A stretch of 64,000 bases of DNA. Source: Raillietiella orientalis. Lineage: Eukaryota. Below the pieces are notes generated by a model. It made no database searches. It worked only from the letters and a program-made list of their open reading frames with translations, and had not been told where the DNA came from. Shown in pieces: positions 25,500 through 38,092 of the stretch. The DNA lies in contig JAYWIR010000015.1 in NCBI GenBank assembly GCA_036172245.1, positions 620,001 to 684,000 of the forward strand, given 5' to 3'. The stretch's first letter is position 1. Each line of letters begins with the position of its first letter. A program made the position numbers and the translations under genes.

Positions 25500-27900
25500 G
25501 GGTGCTCGGGGGCAGGGACGAGCTCCGAACAGACGGGAACCCGCTCTCCCTCGGGACGGCAGAAGCGAGCGAGTGCTCCTTCCCTCCCTCCCTCGTCGCG
25601 GCATCGACGTGCGCTGCCGCCGCATCCTTCGGCGCTTCCATGGGTCTCCTTGAAGCCTCCCACTCTGCCGGAGGAGGGGCGTAGGGCTTCCCAGAGACGC
25701 AGCTGCTTTCCGCAGGAGGGGGGGGGGGAGCCCAGCACCTCGTCTCACGAAGTCTTCAGCCTCCTGGTCGGAACCCAGATGCATCGTGAACGTCCCTTCG
25801 CTTCTTCCTAGCCCTTCCCCGAATTCATGAGATGAAAGTCCCTCTCCTGGAGGCGGCCCTCGCCAGCTCCTCCTTTTTTTGACTCAGAGGGAGTCCGAGG
25901 GGGAGGGGGGGACTCCTCCCCCCCACGCCGGTCTGTCCTGCCAGACTGAAAGGACGACTCCAGACGTCATCCCGCTCCCCCTTTCCTCTGGCCGTTCGGG
26001 AAATCTGCAAGGACCCTTACATGCCTTCCCGCTCCCCTTTCGACGAAGGGTTTGATCACCCGGCCGAGGCTTTCCGGTCGGATACTTGAGGCTAGCGTCA
26101 GAGTTTTTTCCGAGGGCTCGACTGGGGGAGACTTCCAGCAAGAGAATAGAAAAAAAAGCTGCTCGCTGACCAGACGATAGCGGGGCGGAACAGAAGCGGC
26201 TCCGAAAGGTCCGCAGAGGTGGTGAGACGTTCGTGGCGCCTTCACCACGCGGAAATGCGCCAGAGACGGCTCGTGGCATCAATGGGAGAACGGTGCCTGC
26301 ATCGTTAAGCCTCGAGAGTCTCACCGAGCATTGTTCGATCTTCACGAGAAGTGCCGCCACCACGCCGGTCTCAGCTCATACGTTGCTGTGGCGCAACAAT
26401 GGCCCAGCGCCGGAATGCCGCCGGCCTGCTTCACAGGGCTCGCTGCAGAACGCTTTTTTTTTTTTTCGAGGGCGCCAGCGAGGCGCCCTTCAGCCGTAGC
26501 ATTCCCCAGAGGGAGTAGACCCTTCGCTCTCGGTGGAGGAGGACACTGTGCTCTGGTAGGAAGGCTAACCGAGGAGCTCCCCCCAGAGCTCGTAAGCACG
26601 CTCCGGATGGCCTCTTTCACCAAGACATTCGTTTGGATCCTTTTCTCCAAACTGGAGTGGTCCAGAGCACTCGCGCCGGTCGGGTGGAGGTAGCGGCAAA
26701 TGAGTCCCCAGAGGTGGCACTGCCTCTTCTGCTCCAGGATGCAGCGTCTCGAGGCCGGAGAGGACTCACGGGGTGATCGCGACACTTCTCAGACTTCGAA
26801 GCATGCCATTTTCCGCCTGCCTAGCCACCTGAGGGCCGGAGTCCGAACAGCTTCGCTGGACCATGGCGCCCTTCCGTCGAGCCATCCTTCCGTCATTCCT
26901 GGTCACATCGAGAAGAGTTGGGTCTCCCTCCTCTGTGGCCAGCAGCTGATGAAATGCTCCTAGTAAGGAGCGGATGTTGAGCTCCCCCGCATCCGCTTGC
27001 GAACGAATCTCTGCAAGACTGTCATTCCCTTCTTCCTCGGGAGGGACCGCGGCAACGTCGCTTTTCGTGTTTTCGAGGGAGACTCTTGGGTAGCAGAACC
27101 TCGGCGCCCGAATAGTCCTCCAGTGTCTAGCCAGAAATCCTGTTTCAGGGTTGTCCGCTGACACGCCTTCTCCTTCTCCCTTCTTCTTCCTCTCTTCCCT
27201 CCTCCTTTTCCTCACTTCTTCCTCCTCCTCTCTTCTGAGGTCCCTCAAATCCGATCAGGATCTGCTTGCCGCTGCCCACCCTGCTCAGTGCGCCTGCTCT
27301 TGCAGGGCTGTTGAAGGCGAAACAGACGCTCGCGCGCACTGAGCGCGGCCCCACCCCTCGATCACCACTCAAGGCGGGGGAGTCACTTTTTGCCATCTCC
27401 TGTTGCTTCCTGCCCTCCTTCTTTCCTCTCCTGCTACTTCCGAAGCAGCCTCCTCTGCTGACAGAATGAAAGAGAGGAGAGGGGGACACTGCTCTTTCGG
27501 TCATCTTCCGGAAGCAGCTTTGGTGAGCGAGGAGTCGCGATCGGGAACGATGCACTTCCACGCATCTTCGCCGCAGGCAGACGTCCGCTGGCGGGAGTTC
27601 CTCCTCCTGGAAACCTCCTCTCCGCACTCCACCCAGATTCTCTTCCTCCTTCGTCCCCTCCAGGCGATCACGCGCGCGCGCGCGCGATCCGAGCTTCCGG
27701 GAAGAACGGTCCTGGCGTCTCGCGAAGCCTCAGCGGCGCCCAGGCAGGATGCAGCTCTGGACTGCGCCTCCCGAGAGGGAGCCGCGGGCGCCCGAAGGTG
27801 GCCGGCGTTCCTCGATACCCGAACGTCGTCCGGAGAGACCGAACTCTTCTTAGCGCGGTGCCCGTCGGGGACGCGCGCCATCCGTTCCTCCTTCGGACGG
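25500..27900 (-). mobile_element. Decayed CR1-like LINE ORF2, copy 2
   Basis: On the - strand: RIWVE, GPRSVRASVCFAFNSP...GSGKQILIGFE (PTR...LDL.FTN.P...SDH..I.F), IRSVLT (F.SVFT), GGIPA...ELRPAWWRHF (D.IP...ELAP.L..IF), AGTVLPLMPRAV..FPRG and LADFPNG. Confidence 0.5.
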
Positions 27901-29553
27901 GGCCTCAACCCTATTCTAGGCGGTGATGTCCTCAGGTCGCTGCTGGGAGCATCCTGCCCCCTTCAGGAAGGTGAGATGGAAGCCTGAAAAGCGGACACTG
28001 GACGTAGTCCCGGATCCAGAGAAGGAGGAGGGGAGGATGTTGTCCGGAGTCTTTTCCAAAAAGCGGAAAGGGCAGGTCCACGTCGAGGACGACCTGTCCC
28101 GGTCGGCGGCGTGCTCAGTTCGTTCCTCGCTCTCCTCCCCCGGATCCACGAGTGGGTGTATCGGAAGGAAAAGGGGGAGGAAAGCCGAGGGTGAGCTTTC
28201 CGGCGGTTTCTTGGCGGGTCAAGGTGACCCGGAGTAACTCGGAGATAGCCCGAGCTGGCGGCCGGAAGACAGCAGGGCTCACTTGCGGGGTGCCAATCCA
28301 CCTCCGCACCGCATCCACACGACGGTGGGAACAACAATGCCGGTCAAGAAAAAAGAGCATCCCTTATATCTCATCTTGGGGACAATGCGATCCTCAGCGT
28401 GTTCCTTTTCCTCACTTCCTCCTCCTCCTCTTTCGTCTACGCTGCTCCCGAGGAACAGATGATGATGATGAGGAGAGATGGGGAAGAACAAAAGGACAAG
28501 GAGCAATGTAGGAGGAGGATGGAGGCTGGAGAACTGACCACTCCAGCTCCAGAGACCACTTGATCGACAAGTGGTTTCTGGAGCTGCAGACAAAGAGGGA
28601 TCGAAACTGACGGAGGAGTGCCTCCATGTATCCCATCCTCTGTGGCTAGTCCAATGGTCTCGTAAGCCGGAAAGCATCGTCATCTGGGAGAAGCAGAGCC
28701 GGGACCAACGACGAGAGACAAAGCGATCCTTCCGTTCCCGGAAGATGCGGTGCAGGTCTCCTCCAGGGACGGAGCTGTCGCGCTGCTCTTCTTTTGCGGT
28801 CTTCCTCCTTGGCGAGGAAGAAGAGGCCGTCTTGTCGCTCTCTGCCCGTCTTACGGCAAAGGAGATACGAGGGCTCTTGTCTGGAGGTGCTGATCCCGTC
28901 GTGTTGCTTATCCTACCGAAGGGAACTGCACAGGAATGCCGCGGAAGTCAGAAAAGGGAAGGTGAGGTCTTTTCCGGAAGCAGCGGATCCAAAAGGCATT
29001 TGAAGAGGATGGGAGGGTCGGACAACCTCGAGAATTTTCTTCCCGGAACATGGATTTCATCTCAAGGGAATGGGTCTTCCGTAGGACCTCAGGGATGCAC
29101 GGAAAGGAAGGAAGGAAGGACACAAGGAAGGGGAGCAACGCGAGCCAAGTGATAGTGTTGCTTCTTGCTCGTCTCTCCGCCACCACTCCAGGGAGGACTC
29201 TAGGACCTCTTTCCATAGTATCACGCCCCCGAGGATTCCGAATCTCGTTTCCGAAGTGACGCCGATAGGAGCGGAAGTCACCCTACTAGGTTCTTCCCAA
29301 CTCAGGCTGGGAGAAGCGGCATCACCCCCCGGCACCACATCACAAGGTGATCTCGGATGGCTTTTAGCCGCGGAGGTCTCCACGGCTGCCCTCAGATGTC
29401 CACAGCTAGAGCTGAGATACTCCCTCCCTACCTCAGAACTGCCATCCGGAGACCCTCGACCCGGAGAGATTTAATTCATTCCATGGTCATCGGAGAGTGG
29501 ACAAGAGGAAAGGATGAGGAAGGGGAGGGGGAGTAGGAGTAGGAGGAAGAGGG

Positions 29554-29610
29554 TAGTAGTAGTAGTAGTAGTAATAGTAGTAGTAGGAGGAGGAGGAGGA
29601 GGAGGAGGAA
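29554..29610 (+). repeat. Compound (TAG)n(GAG)n microsatellite
   Basis: About 11 TAG units (one is TAA) followed by about 8 GAG units, inside a purine-rich tract. Confidence 0.9.
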
Positions 29611-31315
29611 GGTGAAAGGAGGAAAGGGAGGAGGAGAGTCAACTCAAGAAATCCAACCTCCCACGGGAGTGCATAAATCAAGTCAGAAGAGACTTCTCTC
29701 TGCCAGAGGGATGACGTCACAGTTACGACGGCGCGGCATCCCTGGCGGCGAGCATGCAACTCCCCACGCTGTTCTGCCGATCCGCGCCTGCAGTTTTCTT
29801 TCCTTTCCTGTTTGCTGGCTTTGGTACTTGGACGAAGCACTTCATCCCAGTATCCAATCCTGGAATTCCTCAGGGCAGAATCATCGCCCCCCCCCAGTCG
29901 GATCCTCATTCCCTGTTCTTCTCGGCTGCCGTTCGCTGGCGCCTCGCATGTCTCCGCGTGCCGGAAGAACGGATGCACACTTCTCGCGACAGGCTTTTCG
30001 GTCGGCGCGCACCATCCTCTTCCTGCCGCCTACGCCACCCTCAGGAGAGCTTCCTATCCGCCACGCGGTCAGGACATCGTCGTGTAGCCACGAAAGTTTC
30101 TTGGAAGCTGCGGAAACTTCCTTCGAACCGGACGCCTGCGACCTTCTGCGCTCTGACTCCTTTCAGGATCCCGAGAGCTCCAGGAACACCCCTGCTGCGT
30201 TCCAGCTGCTTCGTGTGCCCCCCTCTCTACCATTCCTGGCGCAGGAGGCTGAGTTTCATCACTGCACGCTCAGATAGGATGAGAGAAAACGAAAGTTTCC
30301 GAGGTGACCTGGAGAACAGAAAACGCCTCCTTCGGACTCAGCAGACGGTGGAACTGCGGCGAAGCTACAGCGGCAAGACTCCGGGATGCCCCTCCCCTCT
30401 GCTTCCTCGAAAGATCGTGCGGAGCGGTCACACTCGGCCGTTTTCCGTGAGGCCTCTGGCACGGACCCACGACCGACCTCGGAAAACCAGGAGCGCGCAG
30501 TGGCTGTTTGTCACGAGGGGAAGGAGTCCTCAGGGCCTCTTTTTCTAAAATCTTCCAGTAGACCCGGGGGGAGGTCAAGATGAACGGCAAGGTCGTCGCT
30601 CGGATCGAGGAAAGACGCTAGGAATCTCTCCGGAATCGAAAGACAGGGGAAGGAAAGGACTAGGGAGGATTTCTCTCGTTCCAGAATCGAGAGTTGGGAA
30701 AACGGGTGACCTGCGTCTTTCTTCTGGATGCGTGGTCATCTCCGCGGAGCACCCCCGGCCTTTCAAGAGGACGGTGCGCTGCCCAGAAAAGGAAACCTTT
30801 GGGCAGGGATGCCTCTTCCAGGGTCCAGAGGACGTGCGCCGATCGAGCCGAGGTCACGTCGTACGAGGCCTCCAGGTCTTGGCAAGGGGAGAGCGAGTGA
30901 CGCCGCGATCCACGACCGAAGCTTGAGGAGAGTTGCGGTCATGAGAGGGGACCACGATCTCTGGAGTGTCCAATGGAGGACTACTCTTCAGACTCGTCTT
31001 CTCGGAAGCTCACGATTCGAGAGCTCTGAGAGAGCAGCCGGGACCCAGAGCAAGACCGCCGTCATGGCAGCAGCCTCCTTATCCATCTATCTCCCTTTTT
31101 TGCCGCACCAATAAACGAGGGTGGTCCTTCTCTTCTTTCTGCGAAGCGCTTCCTCTCCCTTCAGCAGCTTTGGCCGCTGCAGGATGGCAGGCTGCAGTCG
31201 GGCGAGATTGATTTCAATGAAAAAGATCTTTGATGAAAGATCGGAAGACCAGAAAGCTTTCTCATGCTGCCTCCGAGCCTCTCAAGAGTTCCGGTTTGCA
31301 AAGGCAATCTCTTGA

Positions 31316-32093
31316 TTGGAAAGGAGCTACCCCCTCGAGCTCCCGGAGACCTTTCCCAGCTCCCTCCATTGCACAGGACCGTTCTTTGGCGTGCCCGCGG
31401 CGGCTCCTGAGCGCACGCACCACCTTCCGTCCCCGGCGCCGCCGTCCCATGTCCTCGGACTCGTCCATTGTTCTCGCAACCGGCGGCTTCCCGAAACGAC
31501 CCGGAGCGCGCCGGTCTGCTGCCGGGAGGGAGCGGGCCGGTTCGCCGCGCAGCTCGAGGCGGGGAGCAGGATCAGCCGTCCGCGGCGGGAAGGGGAGCCG
31601 TTCCCTCCCGCAAGCCGCCCCCACTCGGCAGCTCCTCTGGCAGAAGGAGGCCTGGAACGTCGCCAGGCGCGGCGCCTTCGGATGGCCGCGCGGACGAGCA
31701 AGGCGGCGTCACGCTTCCCTCCCTTCCCCTCCCCCTCGGCTCGGCGGTCGCCGGCGGCGAGTCGGCGTAGGACGGGAGGAAGGCGCGGCGAAGAAGCCTC
31801 TTTTCGTCCTACTTCTGGTTTCGCTCGCTCGCTCGCTCGGTCGTGGCCTGAGATGCCCCGGAACGACCGCCGCCGCTCCTCGGGTTGCGCACCGGTCTTG
31901 CGAACGCCGGCGCGTCTTCCAGGGCTCGGTGCGGACTAGCAGCGACCGTCTCGCCGGTGCGAGGGCGAGGGAGCTGCGCGCATCGGCGTTGAGGGTGCGG
32001 TCGTCGTCCGCTTACGCGGACGGAACGCTAGTCGGACCAGACTTTCCTCTCGCCGGAAACCCACTGTTGGAGCCCCCTACCTTCCATATCCAT
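31316..32093 (-). repeat. GC-rich dispersed repeat, copy A2 (inverted relative to 6188-7087, with a 122-nt internal deletion)
   Basis: Near-identical to the reverse complement of 6188-7087, but lacks the segment between the two CAGCTCC heptamers at 6305-6311 and 6427-6433. Confidence 0.95.
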
Positions 32094-33319
32094 GGGGACC
32101 TCGACCAGAATTTCTCTGTGTCAGAGAACGGATGCATCAAAATCCTCTTCTTCTCTGTCACGACTTCTTTTTCTCTCTTCTGGTCCTGAGAAACCAACAG
32201 GAGTGCACCTCAAGCGCATATCACTCAAGTCTTTTCCTTCTTCCCTTCCCTCTAAAGATTCCTCCATCCAGTCAGTGATTGTCGTCTTTTGAAGAAGCGC
32301 ACTGCTAGGAAAGGAAGCAGAAGACAGTGACATCGGAGTTCAAGTTTCTGCTGCTGTGTCCACACCCTCTAGCCAAGTCACATGTATCCAAGAGTGGTAA
32401 GATATGACGGAGCAAGAGCATTCGTGTTTTTCCTGCTGCGGAGGAGGTTGAAATTCTTCGTAGGTGGAAACGATACCCGTCTCTTATCCATCTTGCCTCG
32501 GGTCCGGCCTCCTGGTCCTACTGAGCCTGAAGGAGAGACCTGCGCGCTGGATTTTTTTTTTTTTTGCTGGTGACGACCATCTTTACAGGGTTGGGAACTG
32601 GCTGCCAAATGCGCTCTTGCCACTTGTGCATTTCTTCAAGGACAAGCACAACGAGGACAAGATCGGAGACCTGCTGAGATGGAGGTAGCTCGAGGGAGGG
32701 TTCCGTTGCGCATGCATCCTTTCACCTCGAGCCTACCGAATTTCTGAGAGCATCTGAGACAGCCCTTTTGCTCATGGCGTAAAGCTTGCCACCGAGTCGG
32801 GATGCACAGGGCTTTTTAGATGGGAGCTTGAAGGTTCACCATGGACAGTGAAGGGAAAATGGATTTGTGCCAAGGGAAATGCGAGTTCGTGCATCCTGCT
32901 GCTATCCTCCGGGTCTAGCAGTTGGAGGCAGAGCTCAAGCATAGGTGGATCAAAGCTCAACACCGCCATGCTTCCTTCAGCAGCGAGAGACGAAGAGAAG
33001 ATTAAAAAACCCCCAAAAAGGAAGCCTGGATGCAAATCTTTTCCGTCCACAGATGGCATCGATAGAGCTGTTTTCATGCTGCAGGAGTCCAACTGCTAAG
33101 AAAGCCCACATCCTGGTGCAGTGCAGGAATAATTCCGAAACCACTGAGAACAGATTGGAGAAGACCTTAGCAAAAAGAAAAGGCAGTCGGATTGAATGAT
33201 GTGGTCCTGGGTAGATGACCACCTGGAACTCGGATTCGCTCGGATGTATTAGTTTAATAAGAGCGTTCTTCATAAGTGGAGGTCCAAAAGCCAGTTTTTC
33301 TGGCATCAGTGTTTGCTGT

Positions 33320-34450
33320 TGCTTATGAAAGACTCGAGGTTTTCCAATGGAGGATGCACGGACTGAGAAATGCTACCGAAAGCTCAAGCCTTTGTAGAAG
33401 TTTCATACAGTTGCTCTCCAAGGATCCCCCCTCTTTCTCCATGGTGCGTTCATTCTCTTCCCGAGACGTTCTAGTTGCACAGCTTTCCCGGAAATGAACA
33501 TGCAAAAATCCAGCGCATGACCAAAGATTTGATGGATTTGTTTTGAAAATTCGCGGTTACACGATGCAGGCTTTTTTTTTGCACCGGACGGATGCTCCAC
33601 AGCTTCCGTTGCTTCGACCCTTTCTGCTTCGTTGCTGTCGGCGACGGACGTTTGAGAGCTGAAAGAGGAAGGAGGAGAAATGTTCCTCATCGAAGCGACG
33701 GATTTTTTGTAGGGCAGGTCCAGCTACAGAGTCTGATCTTGAAGCACTTGACCCGGCACCGGAGGCTTTGGCCTTTCCACGTCTGCTTGCTTGGAGTTTT
33801 GCGTTGCTAGCAGGTCGGTGGCCTATGTCGGTCATCTACTGATTGTTCGGAGGCCGGTGCACTTCCGGAAGCCTTACAAGCCGTGTTGGATGTTGGATGG
33901 CACTGTCGTCTTGCATAGCCTGGCTCGCGCATCTTCCCTGGAACTTAAGCTTCCACAGGTCTTGCAGATTCAGCCATTCCTCGACTCATGCGTAGCTTCC
34001 TCGCCGTGGGAGACGCTCCTTGTTGGTCCCTGCTGAGAAAGTTCCACGCTCAGGGAGGCTTTAGCCTCTTTGCCAAGCGCCTCCGGCATGAGCCCTTTTG
34101 CCGCGCAGTCGTGGAAAGCATAGACCTTCAGTCGGCGGCTCGACTGTGCCGTTCTGCCCTTTGTCGTTTTCCGAGTGTCCTCCCTGATGCATCCAGCAGA
34201 TGTCCCTGCCATGTCGGGCGCGTGGGGCAGCACCGTCATCTTGCCGAACTGGTCTTCTAGCAACTACTACCAGCTCTTGTAGAACAGCGTGGGTGATTCG
34301 AGTGAACTGATGCTTGAGTTCCTTCTAGGAGGTCAAGCAGCAGAGCGTGGTTCCAACATTCTCCCGCTTTTCCTCGGCACGCCTCCTGGACTCGCATCTC
34401 CGCCTTATGAGAAGATTGTATCGAGTGTTGTGACTCTCTGCTAAGCATCG
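33320..34450 (-). mobile_element. Decayed R4/Dong-like element, 3' half (copy 3)
   Basis: On the - strand: WNHALLLDL..NHPRCST, VLPHAPDMAG (LY.PR..GGRG), LWKLKFQGR (W..K.LHG), DLLATQNSK (DQ.L.T.NY), RCRVKC, AGPALQKIRRFD (GCP.L...RHD) and REENERTMEKE. Confidence 0.5.
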
Positions 34451-35899
34451 GTATGCATTTTCAGGTCATTCTCTTCCAAATAGACATCACCCAGATCAGC
34501 ACTACTAAAGATTTCCTTTGCCCTGGTTGCTCTCGTGAGCGGTCAGTGCTTGCAGGCTTCCTCTGAGAATGCAAATTCATTTAATTTTAACTCTTATGAA
34601 AGTTAAAATACCAAGATAGCAAAGAATTTATTTGAATCCGACATCAGCAGCACAACAGAATGCCATTCCTGTTGAGCCCTGAGTCGGTGCTTTATGAATT
34701 CCCAAGAGAAACCAGCAAACTGTGTTTCTCATCTGATAAGACAAAGAAAAATCAACAGAACTTTGCAACAAAAGTGCCTTTGGAGCGTAGCTAGTGGATC
34801 CCTCGTGGTTCGCAAGTTTTTTTTTTCTTCTGAATTAATGGAAAAAAGTGAACACATCTTTCTTCTCCACACCCGTCCTTTCGAAGTTGATGGCCTCTAC
34901 TGGGCGCTCGATGCTCTCATGGTTATCGCTTTTCTTTGAGAACGCAGGTTCGAATGCACCTTTCACTGATTAAGTTGTCTATCATAACATTGGGGATTGG
35001 GTGGTTCACCGAAAGACACCATCTCCGTGCCAAGCTGAGGCCTTTTTTGTGCGCGTTCTGCTCTTACGAATGCAGGTCGACTCCTGCAAGGAAACATCTG
35101 CTGCTCGTCGGAGTTTTCTCCCGGATGAGACGTAAACAAACGAAAATAAACAGTGCCCCACGCTGCGTCCATTTCATTCTAAACTGGCAGGAAAGTAGCG
35201 ACAGATCGACCTTCCTCTTTGCCGAAAGGGAATCAGAGAGAGAGAGAGAGAAAAAAAAAAGTGACCTCCTTCCTCTGCCAGCTCAGAAAACATTTCTATC
35301 GTTTTACGTGGGTCTTGCGTGGAAAACCGAGTTGAATGCAACACCAAGACCCATCGGAAGAATCCAGTAGAATTGGGCAAGAAGCGTCTAATTTTAATTT
35401 CCGAAGGGTCTCTCCTGTTCCAGTGACTGATCCCCATTTTTATTCATTCCGCAAGTGATGTTGTTGCAGAAAAAAAGACAAAAAAATCCCAATTAAAAAT
35501 TCTCTTGCTCTTTAAGGCCTCGCGATCCTTCACTTCGTATCAGAATGGAAGTTTATTACATCACAAAGAGCAGTCCATCGAATGCAAGTCGGAAAGAATG
35601 GCGGTGCTCTCGTCTAGGGCTCAACAAAATAGAACGGGTGCACCAGAGCTACACCTCATATGCGGGTCGAGCAGAGGCTTCTGCTGCAAACCTGAATCGA
35701 AGAAGCAAGTCCTCTCGGTCTTCCACTGCGCGGATCGCCCCCAGCGATTTTCGGGACGCTCAAGTGCGCACCCACAGGTCAAAGGAGGTCGCGAGACCAG
35801 TGACGTTCTGGGTTTTCGGCTCGGGGAAACAGTTCCCTTTCAAGGATTCGTTCGGATGTGTGACAAAGATGTTGGTCTCATCTTCGTGATTCCGTTGCC

Positions 35900-36900
35900 T
35901 CTCCCTTTCAGCCAGGATTTTTCAGATAGATGAAGAGATGCGGGGAGGGGGTCTGTTCCACAGCTTCCGCCGTCCAAGTCACCTCACTCGCTGGTGGGTA
36001 TTTGCTGAAGCAGGGCGAATGTTCTGATGTGCGAGGTAAATGCTCCCGACTTCGCCTAACACGCCCATCAGGTCTGGAATGCTTCAGGAAGAATCCTTAG
36101 CCACACACTCCGTGCACCGCCTCGACAGATTTTTGCCGGTGGGCCGTTTCCAAGTTTCCGATGTCAGAAGCTCTCCCCACTCTTCCTGCACCTCTCGTAA
36201 GCGGCGAGCATCCCTCTTGCCAGAGGGAGTTCCATTCTCGGAGAGCATCCGTTTCTCTCCCGTGTCTCAGATTTTCAGATGCCTCTCTCTATTTTCCGGC
36301 CTCCGCGTAAACTCTAATCCCGAGCGTCAACACATCTTGGAAACACATCCATCTCGCTCTCAGTCTACAGTCTTATATTGGTCCAAGAAGCCATTGGCTT
36401 CGCAGCAGTCCACACTGTCAGGAAGGAGGGGGGGGAGAGAGGGGGGAATAAGCTCTGGAAGAACGGGAGAGCATACAGAGGACATGGGAACGCAAACGCA
36501 GGTGTTCTGATGAATCTGCGATTGCATCTTTGCACCCAGAGGAATGTTCCGCACTCAACGTTCCCCTTTGACGAAAGGTGCACCACCAACAAAAAGCAGA
36601 CACGTTCTCTTCCTTTCGATCTTTTTCCTTTATTTTTTTTCGTGTCTGTTTCTAGGGAGGCGTTCCTCACGGTTGGTGGAAGCGCATGAGATGCGGATGA
36701 GCTGTGGAGATCGTCTTTGTAAAGGTCTGGTTCCTCAGCCAAGACAGACTTTCGAGCTGCAATTCTTCGGCGTTCCCAGGTCAGCATCGCCTTCGCGCTT
36801 CACCTTGCCGTGCCTTTTCCGCATCTGCGCTGTTTTTGCACGTTGGGCGCGCGATCTTTGCTCTTTCCTCGGAGCTCCACGTTCCTGATTCGGAGAGGAA
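35900..36900 (-). mobile_element. Possible decayed CR1-like LINE 3' fragment
   Basis: On the - strand: LDQYKTVD*ERDGCVSKM (LY.T.VR..LEY.S.VW) and SPLTRGAGRVGRASDI (L.TL..RR.R.D.I). Weak. Confidence 0.3.
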
Positions 36901-37444
36901 AGATCGCCCGAGGAGTGGCTCCACTGTCACACAGGAATAGGGTCATCCTTTGGAATCCAGCGAAACTAGAAAGCTTTCCGCGGATACGAGGGAAATACAA
37001 ATTTTTTTCTTTCTTTTGCTCCTCCCCCCTTTCCGAACCAACGTCGTGGAAAGGACGAAAAGATGGTTACATGGCCGTTGAAAAAACAAATAAACAGAAA
37101 AACAGAAATGAGATTTAGAAACGCTGAATTACGTACCCGAGTGCAACTCACACAGTTCCCTGGGAAACTAACTGTGACTAATGTGTTCCCTATGAGGGGG
37201 GGGGGGGGGAGTTCTGCATCGCAACTGTGAATTCTGGGAGCGGTTGCTTCTTCTTGGTTTCCTTTTCATGACCGATGCGACGACGACGGGAATCCTACAG
37301 CCAAGCTGGGGCGTTGACGGCGACAACGACGACGGGGACACGAAAACCGAAGAAAGGGGATAAAGAAAAAAACCAGTCCCGCTGTTGCCGGGAGACCGCG
37401 AGCGCACACGGCGTCTTTCGTCCCCTTTCCTTCCCCGTGAACTT

Positions 37445-38092
37445 TCACTGTGGGGGGGGAGGAGTCTGGTTGCATCGACTGTCGCAGGCTGCCAAGTCCT
37501 CCGCCACCAGGGAGTAGGGCTGGTTGTTGCGGAACACGCGCACGTTGACGTTCTCGCAGTCCGACAGGTACGTCTCCATCGTGGGGTGGTTGTTGATGGC
37601 GGATTCGACGGACAGCTTTATGAACGAGTTGAGGGAGTTGAGCGTGGAGAACCCGTAGATGGACATGGAGGTCTGAGTCTGCGCGTGGTTGCCGCTGGGC
37701 TTGGCGGCGGCGCAGCTTTCGAGGAACCTGTCGTTGCAGTACGGGACGGAGAGCATCTCCGGGCAGTCCCTCTTGTACAGGAACCTGGCGAGCACGGACA
37801 GCACGATCATCTCCCCGAGAAGGACTGCGTCGAACAGCAGGTTCCCGAAAGCTAAAGGGGACAGGGGGTACTTGCACGGGAGCAATTCGTTCTTGGCCAG
37901 GAACTCGAAGGTCGGATTCTGCACTTTGGCGAATATCAGAACGAATTCGAGGACCATGAACTTTTGGTAGTGGCGGAAGCGATCCAGGTGTCCCTGAGAG
38001 ACGCGGATGATTACTAGGAGCGCCCATATAGCTAAAACAGAAGAAATGAAGTTCAGAGCAAGGATCCACATGTGAGCATCTGCGACCATGAT
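37445..38092 (-). CDS. SLC51A: OST-alpha-like gene, last coding exon
   Basis: Acceptor ttttctctttcccatag|ATC. Encodes IMVADAHMWILALNFISSVLAIWALL...LARFLYKR plus a tail of about 107 aa, ending at TGA. Confidence 0.92.
   Translation of the reverse strand: MMVADAHMWILALNFISSVLAIWALLVIIRVSQGHLDRFRHYQKFMVLEFVLIFAKVQNPTFEFLAKNELLPCKYPLSPLAFGNLLFDAVLLGEMIVLSVLARFLYKRDCPEMLSVPYCNDRFLESCAAAKPSGNHAQTQTSMSIYGFSTLNSLNSFIKLSVESAINNHPTMETYLSDCENVNVRVFRNNQPYSLVAEDLAACDSRCNQTPPPPQ

Larger units (their letters stand above)
28200..33300 (+). mobile_element. Decayed I-group (RNase H-bearing) LINE ORF2, interrupted by a microsatellite and by repeat A2
   Basis: Order on the + strand: YLILGT (ILGDFN), IETDGG..CIP (IET.GSDH.P), GIPGGEHATPH, QSWNSS, QAFRSAR, SHESFLEA, GKTLGISPES (G.TWG), PRSTPGLSR (LR.CLGLPR), RNase H IFTG...LPN..ATCAF, AEME, LFRW, and the C-terminal SLDANLFR..CCRSPTAKKAHILVQC knuckle. 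Confidence 0.6.

Noticed and set aside
27240..27620. LINE ORF1/gag remnant on the + strand (HCSFGH)
   Set aside because: The - strand gives a better ordered CR1-like endonuclease match that is contiguous with its RT remnant.
5100..34500. Many 150-365 aa ORFs on both strands as novel genes or an operon-like system
   Set aside because: They are rich in Arg/Pro/Gly/Ser, overlap in several frames and show no splice or codon structure. High GC suppresses stop codons, and the recognisable bits are frameshifted retroelement motifs.
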